Assembly: GCA_032718475.1 (NCBI GenBank)
Contig: JAUCBJ010002604.1
Coordinates: forward strand, 1 to 50,882
Direction: 5' to 3'
DNA length: 50,882 nucleotides
Source: Nemertoderma westbladi
Lineage: Eukaryota; Animalia; Xenacoelomorpha
Shown here in pieces: positions 25,301-37,789 of this stretch; position 1 is the stretch's first letter, and every line of letters begins with the position of its first letter. The notes beneath the pieces were generated by a model. The model did no database searches. It saw only the letters and a program-made list of their open reading frames with translations, and was not told where the DNA came from. A program made the translations under genes and the position numbers.

Positions 25301-28300
25301 CAAGCTACCGATGATACAGTTAACTACTTACTTGTGTTTCTACAGAGTCCCAGATCCAAGCTATCGATGATACAGTTAACAACTTACTTGTGTTTCTACA
25401 GAGTCCCAGATCCAAGCTATCGATGATACAGTTAACAACTTACTTGTGTTTCTACAGAGGCCCAGATCCAAGCTACCGATGATACAGTTAACAACTTACT
25501 TGTGTTTCTACAGAGGCCCAGATCCAAGCTATCGATGATACCGTTAACAACTTACTTGTGTTTCTACAGAGTCCCAGATCCAAGCTATCGATGATACAGT
25601 TAACAACTTACTTGTGTTTCTACAGAGTCCCAGACCCAAGCTATCGATGATACAGTTAACAACTTACTTGTGTTTCTACAGAGACCCAAATCCAAGCTAT
25701 CGATGATACAGTTAACAACTTACTTGTGTTTCTACAGAGACCCAGATCCAAGCTGTCGATGATACCGTTAACAACTTACTTGTGTTTCTACAGAGACCCA
25801 AATCCAAGCTATCGATGATACAGTACAGAGACCCAGACCCAAGCTATCGATGATACAGTTAACAACTTACTTGTGTTTCTACAGAGTCCCAGACCCAAGC
25901 TATCGATGATACAGTTAACAACTTACTTGTGTTTCTACAGAGACCCAGATCCAAGCTATCGATGATGCAGTTAACAACTTGGATCTGGGTCTCTGTAGAA
26001 ACACAAGTTAACAACTTACTTGTGTTTCTACATAGACCCAAATCCAAGCTATCGATGATACAGTTAACAACTTACTTGTGTTTTTACAGAGACCCAGATC
26101 CAAGCTATCGATGATACAGATAACAACTTACTTGTGTTTCTACAGAGACCCAAATCCAAGCTATCGATGATACAGTACAGAGACCCAAATCCAAGCTATC
26201 GATGATACAGTTAACAACTTACTTGTGTTTCTACAGAGACCCAAATCCAAGCTATCGATGATACAGTACAGAGACCCAGATCCAAGCTATCGATGATACA
26301 GATAACAACTTACTTGTGTTTCTACAGAGACCCAAATCCAAGCTATTGATGATACAGTTAACAACTTACTTGTGTTTCTACAGAGTCCCAGATCGAAGCT
26401 ATCGATGATACAGCTAACAACTTACTTGTGTTTCTACAGAGACCCAGATCCAAGCTACCGATGATACAGTTAACTACTTACTTGTGTTTCTACAGAGTCC
26501 CAGATCCAAGCTATCGATGATACAGTTAACAACTTACTTGTGTTTCTACAGAGTCCCAGATCCAAGCTATCGATGATACAGTTAACAACTTACTTGTGTT
26601 TCTACAGAGGCCCAGATCCAAGCTACCGATGATACAGTTAACAACTTACTTGTGTTTCTACAGAGGCCCAGATCCAAGCTATCGATGATACCGTTAACAA
26701 CTTACTTGTGTTTCTACAGAGTCCCAGATCCAAGCTATCGATGATACAGTTAACAACTTACTTGTGTTTCTACAGAGTCCCAGACCCAAGCTATCGATGA
26801 TACAGTTAACAACTTACTTGTGTTTCTACAGAGACCCAAATCCAAGCTATCGATGATACAGTTAACAACTTACTTGTGTTTCTACAGAGACCCAGATCCA
26901 AGCTGTCGATGATACCATTAACAACTTACTTGTGTTTCTACAGAGACCCAAATCCAAGCTATCGATGATACAGTACAGAGACCCAGACCCAAGCTATCGA
27001 TGATACAGTTAACAACTTACTTGTGTTTCTACAGAGTCCCAGACCCAAGCTATCGATGATACAGTTAACAACTTACTTGTGTTTCTACAGAGACCCAGAT
27101 CCAAGCTATCGATGATGCAGTTAACAACTTGGATCTGGGTCTCTGTAGAAACACAAGTTAACAACTTACTTGTGTTTCTACATAGACCCAAATCCAAGCT
27201 ATCGATGATACAGTTAACAACTTACTTGTGTTTTTACAGAGACCCAGATCCAAGCTATCGATGATACAGATAACAACTTACTTGTGTTTCTACAGAGACC
27301 CAAATCCAAGCTATTGATGATACAGTTAACAACTTACTTGTGTTTCTACAGAGTCCCAGATCGAAGCTATCGATGATACAGCTAACAACTTACTTGTGTT
27401 TCTACAGAGACCCAGATCCAAGCTACCGATGATACAGTTAACTACTTACTTGTGTTTCTACAGAGTCCCAGATCCAAGCTATCGATGATACAGTTAACAA
27501 CTTACTTGTGTTTCTACAGAGTCCCAGATCCAAGCTATCGATGATACAGTTAACAACTTACTTGTGTTTCTACAGAGGCCCAGATCCAAGCTACCGATGA
27601 TACAGTTAACAACTTACTTGTGTTTCTACAGAGGCCCAGATCCAAGCTATCGATGATACCGTTAACAACTTACTTGTGTTTCTACAGAGTCCCAGATCCA
27701 AGCTATCGATGATACAGTTAACAACTTACTTGTGTTTCTACAGAGTCCCAGACCCAAGCTATCGATGATACAGTTAACAACTTACTTGTGTTTCTACAGA
27801 GACCCAAATCCAAGCTATCGATGATACAGTTAACAACTTACTTGTGTTTCTACAGAGACCCAGATCCAAGCTGTCGATGATACCGTTAACAACTTACTTG
27901 TGTTTCTACAGAGACCCAAATCCAAGCTATCGATGATACAGTACAGAGACCCAGACCCAAGCTATCGATGATACAGTTAACAACTTACTTGTGTTTCTAC
28001 AGAGTCCCAGACCCAAGCTATCGATGATACAGTTAACAACTTACTTGTGTTTCTACAGAGACCCAGATCCAAGCTATCGATGATGCAGTTAACAACTTGG
28101 ATCTGGGTCTCTGTAGAAACACAAGTTAACAACTTACTTGTGTTTCTACATAGACCCAAATCCAAGCTATCGATGATACAGTTAACAACTTACTTGTGTT
28201 TTTACAGAGACCCAGATCCAAGCTATCGATGATACAGTTAACAACTTACTTGTGTTTCTACAGAGTCCCAGATCCAAGCTATCGATGATACAGTACAGAG

Positions 28301-30567
28301 ACCCAGACCCAAGCTATCGATGATACAGTTAACAACTTACTTGTGTTTCTACAGAGTCCCAGACCCAAGCTATCGATGATACAGTTAACAACTTACTTGT
28401 GTTTCTACAGAGACCCAAATCCAAGCTATCGATGATACAGTACAGAGACCCAGACCCAAGCTATCGATGATAGGGTTAACAACTTACTTGTGTTTCTACA
28501 GAGACCCAAATCCAAGCTATCGATGATACAGTTAACAACTTACTTGTGTTTCTACAGAGTCCCAGACCCAAGCTATCGATGATACAGTTAACAACTTACT
28601 TGTGTTTCTACAGAGACCCAAATCCAAGCTATCGATGATACAGTACAGAGACCCAGACCCAAGCTATCGATGATAGGGTTAACAACTTACTTGTGTTTCT
28701 ACAGAGACCCAGATCCAAGCTATCGATGATGCAGTTAACAACTTGGATCTGGGTCTCTGTAGAAACACAAGTTAACAACTTACTTGTGTTTCTACATAGA
28801 CCCAAATCCAAGCTATCGATGATACAGTTAACAACTTACTTGTGTTTTTACAGAGACCCAGATCCAAGCTATCGATGATACAGATAACAACTTACTTGTG
28901 TTTCTACAGAGACCCAAATCCAAGCTATTGATGATACAGTTAACAACTTACTTGTGTTTCTACAGAGTCCCAGATCGAAGCTATCGATGATACAGCTAAC
29001 AACTTACTTGTGTTTCTACAGAGACCCAGATCCAAGCTACCGATGATACAGTTAACTACTTACTTGTGTTTCTACAGAGTCCCAGATCCAAGCTATCGAT
29101 GATACAGTTAACAACTTACTTGTGTTTCTACAGAGTCCCAGATCCAAGCTATCGATGATACAGTTAACAACTTACTTGTGTTTCTACAGAGGCCCAGATC
29201 CAAGCTACCGATGATACAGTTAACAACTTACTTGTGTTTCTACAGAGGCCCAGATCCAAGCTATCGATGATACCGTTAACAACTTACTTGTGTTTCTACA
29301 GAGTCCCAGATCCAAGCTATCGATGATACAGTTAACAACTTACTTGTGTTTCTACAGAGTCCCAGACCCAAGCTATCGATGATACAGTTAACAACTTACT
29401 TGTGTTTCTACAGAGACCCAAATCCAAGCTATCGATGATACAGTTAACAACTTACTTGTGTTTCTACAGAGACCCAGATCCAAGCTGTCGATGATACCGT
29501 TAACAACTTACTTGTGTTTCTACAGAGACCCAAATCCAAGCTATCGATGATACAGTACAGAGACCCAGACCCAAGCTATCGATGATACAGTTAACAACTT
29601 ACTTGTGTTTCTACAGAGTCCCAGACCCAAGCTATCGATGATACAGTTAACAACTTACTTGTGTTTCTACAGAGACCCAGATCCAAGCTATCGATGATGC
29701 AGTTAACAACTTGGATCTGGGTCTCTGTAGAAACACAAGTTAACAACTTACTTGTGTTTCTACATAGACCCAAATCCAAGCTATCGATGATACAGTTAAC
29801 AACTTACTTGTGTTTTTACAGAGACCCAGATCCAAGCTATCGATGATACAGTTAACAACTTACTTGTGTTTCTACAGAGTCCCAGATCCAAGCTATCGAT
29901 GATACAGTACAGAGACCCAGACCCAAGCTATCGATGATACAGTTAACAACTTACTTGTGTTTCTACAGAGTCCCAGACCCAAGCTATCGATGATACAGTT
30001 AACAACTTACTTGTGTTTCTACAGAGACCCAAATCCAAGCTATCGATGATACAGTACAGAGACCCAGACCCAAGCTATCGATGATAGGGTTAACAACTTA
30101 CTTGTGTTTCTACAGAGACCCAAATCCAAGCTATCGATGATACAGTTAACAACTTACTTGTGTGTCTACAGAGTCCCAGACCCAAGCTATCGATGATACA
30201 GTTAACAACTTACTTGTGTTTCTACAGAGACCCAAATCCAAGCTATCGATGATACAGTACAGAGACCCAGACCCAAGCTATCGATGATAGGGTTAACAAC
30301 TTACTTGTGTTTCTACAGAGACCCAAATCCAAGCTATCGATGATACAGTTAACAACTTACTTGTGTTTCTACAGAGACCCAAATCCAAGCTATCGATGAT
30401 ACAGTTAACAACTTACTTGTGTTTCTACAGAGACCCAGATCCAAGCTGTCGATGATACCGTTAACAACTTACTTGTGTTTCTACAGAGACCAAAATCCAA
30501 GCTATCGATGATACAGTACAGAGACCCAGACCCAAGCTATCGATGATAGGGTTAACAACTTACTTGT
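10396..30567. repeat. ~20-kb satellite array of 56-bp and 35-bp monomers with higher-order repeats
   Basis: 56-mer GATGATACAGTTAACAACTTACTTGTGTTTCTACAGAGACCCAGATCCAAGCTATC; the 35-mer lacks TTAACAACTTACTTGTGTTTC. Roughly 400 monomers (estimated from length). Confidence 0.98.
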
Positions 30568-33500
30568 TTATTGGACATCCAGATGGATTAAGACAAGTTT
30601 GGGATACACTAAACATCAGGTATGGTAATAGGAATAACATAGCTAAATATTTGTATGCAAAATTGGTAGCGCCCCGAAAGTTCATTAGCAGCGGGATTAT
30701 AGAGTTTTCCGATGAGATTCAAGAGATCTGTAGACAATTAGATTGGCTAGGTAAATCTCATGAATATCAGAGTTCTATGGTTATTGGAGCCGTGGCCTCA
30801 ACTTTACCTAAGGGTGGAGTAGGCACACACTGGGATAAGAAAGTGTTATATATGATGGAACAACAACGACGAGACCCTACCATGGCTGATCTCATGTCAT
30901 TCTTAGATGGAGAAGTGAAATTACAGCTCCTAAAGCAGTCCAGAGAGAAGACACCGGAAACAAGGTAAGTGAGAAACCCATTTCTAGGAGAAAAGTAACA
31001 CCAGTGTGTTATACCAATGACGGCGAAAGCCAGGCTTCTCAAGAAGAAGACAGCGGGAAAGACACTGAAAGATCTTATTATGTCAATAAAACATCTAAAG
31101 ACGTAAGTAGATTCAAGTCTCGAACCAGTGACAGGAGAGAACAGGTAAGAAAAACTCCTCCTACGTCTCCTAAGAGAATTCAGCTAAGAAAGCCCAAAGA
31201 AAGAACGAGTGTGCACAATGTTACTCAAAATAAGGTAAGTAACATCAAACCGAAATGTGCGCTATGTGACGGGACACACCGTTTGAATGTGTGTGATGAA
31301 TTCCTAAAGAAATCATTAAAGGATAGACGGGAAGTCATGTGGGATAAGCGGTTGTGTTATAATTGCCTCAGACAAGGACACCAACGGCGAACCTGTTACT
31401 CCGACGCAAGGTGTGCGAAGTGTGGCGCAAAACATCATCTCTTGTTGCACACTGAATTCGAACGAAACAGCCCGAGTCAGGTAAGTGATTCAGAACTACA
31501 TGTCCAATTCAGTGATGTGAACGACACTGACCAAAGTTCTGAGATGGAAGGATTCTATATGGACGAATTCTCCGACGAAGATGAATCCTGTTACATGATA
31601 AATACCGCAGTGTATCGAGCGCTTACGTATGAAAAAGACACAGACAGCGAGCTCACCCTAACTACTTCTGATCGACAACCATCTTGGAAAGCACCAACTT
31701 CCAATGTAGGAATCCGTGAATTTCCCGTAGTGCAATTAAGGGTCCACAGACCTAAAAGGAGTTATATAGTGAACGCCCTCCTTGACTCCGGTAGCACAGG
31801 AACATTCATCGACAAAGAACTAGCCGAAGACATCTTTGCTGGACAACCCAAGTTCCGAACTAAGTTAAACATGTCAGGAATTATGCAGGTTTGGAAATCT
31901 ACAGTAATAGCGGATTATTATGTAGGTGCGTTGTCCACCCCCCAGGATGAACTAGGAGAACATAGCATAAGATCAGTAAAAATGGTGGCGATAAAGAACT
32001 TCGCTACCAGCCAAGTAGAACCTTATAACTGGGATGAGGACGATTCCACCCAGCAGCTTAATATACCTAGATTCAACACAGATTACCCTGGAGTGCAAAT
32101 ACTCATCGGCCAAAATGCGCATGAAGCGCTTGAGACATTGGAGAAACGGCCTGCTCAACCGCAACCATTACAAGTCTATGCGGGAAGAACTAGAGTAGGT
32201 TGGTACTTTACTGGCCCTTCCCGTAGAACTCTTATGGAAAGATTACCAAAAGAACAGGTATATCAATTAAGTGAATGGGAAGTGGAGAGCAGTGAAGTTC
32301 ACGACCCAACTGAGGGAACACCATACTCCTCAGATAATGACGATATCCAACAGCTCTTCAACGAGGAGAATAACATCGATATCCTTACGGAAAACGAGAC
32401 TTGGCAAAACCAAGTAAACTTATGTCAAATCATTAGTCCATCAGAACGAGTCGACTATAACGACGAACTGAATGAAGTCATAGAGAGATATAACGCAAAA
32501 ACTCGAGATGAACACGCTTTACGATTCTTTACTCAAGAGGCTGTAGAGCCCAATTCCTACGATAAGGCCCTATCGGTAGAAGAAGATAGCGCCAAGCAGA
32601 TCCAGGAGACAACTACACGTTTTCTTAAAGATCAAGGTAGATATGAGATCGGTCTCCCATTCCGAAAACGAGAACCAAAGTTCATAAACAACCGACCCTT
32701 GGCGGAAAAAAGAATTGCTCAACTACATCGACGCCTTACGGCAAACGCTTCAGCTAAAGAAATGTATCAGACTCAGTTGAAGAAATTTATTAATAAGGGA
32801 TATGCAGAGTGAGTACCGGAAGGAACACCCCTAACTGAAAGAACGTACTATTTAACACATCATTACGTTCCCAAACCCGGTAAACCTCATGAGGTACGAG
32901 TAGTATTCGACGGCTCCGCCCTCTACATGGGCCAATCCCTTAATTCCGAGTTGTTACCAGGACCCAACTTACTCCAATCCTTGTTGGGAATACTCTTAAG
33001 ATTACGACAATATTCAATCGCTTTCGCCTCCGATATAGAAGGCATGTTCTTACAGGTCAAGGCGCTGGATAGGGATCGAGACAGCCTACGATTTCTGTGG
33101 TGGCCTGAAGGAGACCTCAACCAGAAACCGGTGGAGTATTGGATGACCATCCATGCTTTTGGGATCATCTCAAGCCCTTCAAACGCCTGCTCAGTGGTGC
33201 GCACCACTGCTGATGACAACAAGGACGCCTTCTCAAAAGAGGTGATCGACAACATCAAACGAGATATATACATGGACGACAATCTAAAGTCCCTTCCATC
33301 TGTAGAAGAAGCCATTGATGTCGCCAAAGGAACGGTTGAGTGCTTAAAAAGAGGTGGATTTCGATTAACTAAATTCACCAGCAACTCCCGTGAGTTTCTG
33401 GAATCGATCCCGGTAGAAGATCGAGGAGCGAAAGACCTAGACCTAATCAAAGATGATCTTCCAGAGACCAAGACACTTGGTTTGAAATGGGACACAGAGA

Positions 33501-36153
33501 GAGATATCCTGTTTTTCCAGCTAAAACAGCGAGATAATCCAGTTCGGACTAAACGGATTTGTTTAAGTATCCTGAGCACTTATTTCGATCCATTGGGATT
33601 TATTAGCCCAGTTATATTGATTGCTCGGAGTTTAGTTCAACAAATGTGGCTTGAAAACCACTCATGGGACGATCCACTTAAGGGAGAATTATTAAAGAAG
33701 TGGATGAAATGGGAAGATTCTCTACCAGCCATCGAGAACTTTATAATTTCCCGTTCATATTTTGGTCATGTTCTCCCTACGTATTCCTATCAACTCCATG
33801 TGTTTGGAGACGCCAGCGATATGGGAATAGGTATAGTAGCCTACTTGAGAGTGGAAACTCCGGATGGAATCAAAGTCGCCTTGGTTACCTCTAAGGCATT
33901 GATAAACAACAAGTTGAAAGTTCCTCGAGCGGAGTTAAAAGCGGCTCTATACGCTACAGCCATAGGCCGGAATGTAACAGAACAGATCGACTATCCACTG
34001 GAGAAAACTGTCTATTGGACCGATGCTTTACTCGTGTTGGAGTATATAACCAATGAAGTCTGTCAGTTCAGCGTCTTCGTTACCAACAGAGTAGCCATTA
34101 TACTTAGTCGCACGAAGATGGATCAATGGAGACATTGCCCCGGAACGATTAATCCAGCAGACATCGCCTCCAGGGGAGCAACTCCACAATAACTGATAGA
34201 TACTCCAGACTGGTTAGGTGGACCCGACTTCCTAAGCAAAGAAGAGGATGAATGGCCTCCTCATCTTACTACAGCAGAGATTAGACAAGCCAATGGAGCG
34301 GAGAAAGTCAAACCTAAAACTCAGGCGAGTAAATCGAAGTTATTTAAACCCGTGGTAGATCTGTCTGTACTACACACTTCCAGAGACGACGCTTTGGATC
34401 CGAAACCCACAGCCACAAATAAGTCTGTTGTGGAAATCAGAGAGAGGGATTGGAAATCTGGAATACCAGACGTCTCGCAAGGACTCTCACCTCTCCTGCA
34501 GAGAGCGATATATCACTACAGTTCCTGGAACCGGCTCTGTAAGGCCGTTACATATTTAAAACGATGTTTTCATCATCATTACTCCAGGGCAAAGACCAAT
34601 AGTGATACCGCTCCACTGACATCTGTGCAGGTCCATGTTGTTAAAGATCTTCCCAAATATAAGATATCCGACAGGTTTCTGAAAGAGAAGATCAGTTATC
34701 AGGAGCATGAAGAAACCAACAAGCAGATGCTGAGACTCCTACAATGCTATGAGGATTCCGATAAGTATTTCCTGTTGTTGAGAAATCCACAGATGCGCTT
34801 AAGGGATCGTTTCTCTAGCACAATGATAGATGGGTTGATACGTGTTGGAGGAAGATTAACTAATGCTCATTATCCTTTGACACCAAGTTTCCCATACTCA
34901 TTAGAAATCTTGAAATACAAATCAAGATGATTGTAGATGTTCACAGCAAACTTTATCATGCTGGTAGAGAACGAGTTCTTAGCGAAATTCGAACTCGCTA
35001 TTATTTTTATAAACCCCGTAGAGCTCTGAACCAAGTTCTTAGGAACTGCATACCCTGTAGGAAAGCATTCAGTAGGCCTTTAACACAGCGAGAGGCAGAA
35101 TTACCTAGGGAACGAGTAAGCTTCTATGAACCACCCTTTACTAATACCGGTGTAGATTTATTTGGCCCTATTGAAGTATATCGTGCTAGGACTATAGTCA
35201 AGAGATGGTGTGTCATTTTTGTTTGTATGACTTGTAGAGCTATCCATCTCGATATGGTGAACGATTTATCTACCAACAGCTTCCTATTGAGCTTACGGCG
35301 ACAGATCGCTCGCTTTGGAACTAGTAACACGATGAGATCTAATAAGGGAACGAACTTCATTGGTGCCAACAATGAAATCAAAGCTTACGTCAAAGATTGG
35401 AACCAAAGACAGGTGGACGATCAGCTAAGGGTAACAGCGTCTAGCTGGACCTTCAACGCCGCCGACGCCCCTTGGTGGGGAGGAAGTTGGGAGAGATTAA
35501 TCAGGAGTGTGAAGACCGCATTTCACTTTATAGTGCCATGCCGCGCGTATCTCACCGACGAACTTTTGCGGACGCTAATGGAGGAAATTGCCGCCTATCT
35601 CAACGAGAGACCGCTTATGCCAGTCTCATCGAGTCCCGATTCCCTGGAAGCGCTAACACCCGCACACTTCCTACTGAAGAAACCCGTAGCCATGCTCCCA
35701 CGATCGGAAATCACAGACGGAGACGAATACTGCCGACAAACTTGGCAACTTATGCAGTTGTTATCCCGTCGTTTCGCTGACCATTTCGAAAAACATTATC
35801 TGCCCACGCTACAACTTCGAACTAAGTGGTTTGCGCAGCAAGAAAACGTCAGCGCTGGAGACATGGTCCTTATTGTGGATTCAGATCTTCCACGTAAGCG
35901 GTGGCAGACAGGTCGTATCATCGAGACTCACATCTCGGATGATGGTTTGGTGCGATCGGTAGAACTCGTCGTCATGCGACGTAACTTCAAGAAACCGGGA
36001 ATTGTCTTCGAGACACAGCAGCTCAATCGCCCAGTTGGTCGTTTATGTTTACTGGAAAGAGACCGAGAACTCTCCGGAAACTATGGAAGGCAAGATACTC
36101 TTCCCACGACCACCTCCCTAATCCAACAAACATCTAGGGACTCCCTAACATAA
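30568..36153 (+). pseudogene. BEL/Pao gag-pol pseudogene
   Basis: Gag WDTLNIRYGN, three Cys/His knuckles (CALCDGTH, CYNCLRQGH, CAKCGAKHHLLLH), LLDSGS protease, RVVFDGSA/SDIEGMFLQV/YMDD RT, VFGDAS/NPADIASRG RNase H, GVDLFGP integrase. Lesions: frameshift ~30945, in-frame stops ending at 32812 and 34192, frameshift ~34867. Confidence 0.93.
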
Positions 36154-36171
36154 CAACGTCTGGAGTGGGTG

Positions 36172-36611
36172 TGTGACTATATTATTTTATGTTTGTTTTT
36201 ATTATTTTATATTTAAGTATATATTATTATGTAATTTTATTATAATCGTTTTCTTTAATTTTATTTAGTAGAATGTTATTTTAGCGATTATCTAGTAGAT
36301 TAGTGCAATATATTAGTGTTCATTACTTAATTACTTATATATTATATATTTAGAGCGACGGCGAGAAATAATACTTATTCTCTTTCCTTACTGTCCGTAT
36401 TACATTACAAATACGTAACTACAGTAAGATGAAATATCCGTACTTATTAAAGTACAATAAAGCTCCTACTATATTCAAGTATTATTGGTAAAGTAGAGTA
36501 TTAGGAATGCAAAATTCAGATCCTCGTGTCTCAGCTAAACCAAGCTCTGGGTAGACCTTGGAAACGACTTGCCTCTTCTCACTGACATTGCTTCGTGCGA
36601 TATTGCTCACA
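36172..36611 (+). repeat. Putative 3' LTR of the BEL element
   Basis: Begins TGTGA right after the PPT-like tract, contains AATAAA, and has a candidate end TCACA at 36611. The right boundary is inferred only from the 5-bp terminal inverted match. Confidence 0.55.
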
Positions 36612-36705
36612 TACCGTATATTAAATAATACATATAGTAGCGTGATGTCCCTTTAACAGTAGCGTAAAACGCAAAATAAATCTGTTAAACCCTTTGACCA
36701 TCTGT

Positions 36706-36990
36706 AATTCTAGTCGATTAAGATATCGCGGCACCCACCGATATACTTGAAAGACAAAATTCTAGAATCAGTGGTTAACGTCCCCAGACATGTTCTGGAA
36801 TAAACCGGTGCCCATCTTAAATATTAATTATTAATATTTATAAACTCTGTCAAATTTCAGATCCTTTAAAATTCTAGTCAATTAAGATATCGTAGCACTT
36901 ACCGATACTCTTAAAAGGACAAATTTCCTAGAATCAAGGATCCCAGTCCCCAGACATGCTCTGGAATAAATTTGTGTCCATTTAATATTA
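36706..36990. repeat. Diverged ~120-bp direct repeat, two copies
   Basis: AATTCTAGTC(G/A)ATTAAGATATCG...GTCCCCAGACATG(T/C)TCTGGAATAAA at ~36706-36826 and ~36870-36990. Confidence 0.85.
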
Positions 36991-37789
36991 AATAATAAAA
37001 TTTAAGGGAATAAATTTAAATTCATGTTTTAATGAATTTGATAAATTGTCATTTTTATACAATTTATAACATTCCCAAAATTCCATTAATTAATAGATCA
37101 TGGGAGCGGAGATTCACCCTATTAAGTGTATTAGTGTGCGAGAATCTCCAATATATAGTCAATAGCCGACAAAAATTTATATAATCATGTATAAAGGGGA
37201 TATTGACAATTAAAGAATTACTATTAAATAGCATCCCAGATCTGTATGCATGAGAATTACCCTAATTCTACCGCTAGCTTTCCATAATGTCACCATGGCA
37301 ACAACCACGCTAGAATTAGAAGTGAGTTAAAAGAACAATAGAAAGCTTACCCCATTGAATAGTATAGGGAATAAATAGCACACTGCTAGTATCCCAGGAT
37401 ACTCAATAATAACGTGGCATTCTAGAAGGCACTGACTAACGGACAAATGGCCCGAATGTGTGCGGTTTGTGACGTTGTGTGGAATTTGTGCGTTTATAGG
37501 TGAATGTTACTACTAAAGTGTGTTTACAGTAGCAAGTCGCAATTGTGAAAGTAGCCCTAACTCTCCAGTAAGAACCTGAAGTAAATCTAAGCCTTTGGGA
37601 CGGACGGTGGAGTGACTCGCGCTGGTTGTTGTAGTCGTTGTGCAGCTACGACGTTGGCGACAGGCACATCGGCGAAAGTACACCAGCGTTGAGGATCTTG
37701 CGCTGTCCGGGGGCCGAGAGGGGTAGGCAGCGACGCCCGCTAGCCTAAATATAAACTCATTATAATATTGATAAACTCATATAGCAGAT

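Larger units (their letters stand above)
30568..36611 (+). mobile_element. BEL/Pao LTR retrotransposon, 5'-truncated and decayed
   Basis: BEL-type gag-pol relic followed by PPT-like GGAGTGGGTG and a TGTGA...TCACA-bounded segment. No 5' LTR seen. Confidence 0.9.

Noticed and set aside
10253-29846. Many 60-66 aa ORFs (MDLGLCRNT..., MFLQRPRS...)
   Set aside because: By-products of the repeat unit, mostly with non-ATG starts; 56 and 35 are not multiples of 3, so frames close quickly.
10396-30567. CRISPR-like array
   Set aside because: Head-to-tail monomers with no unique spacers, no cas genes, and a eukaryotic TE context.
32810-32812. Programmed stop read-through in BEL pol
   Set aside because: The stop lies at the start of the RT region, not at a gag-pol boundary, and the copy has several other lesions; simple decay is more likely.
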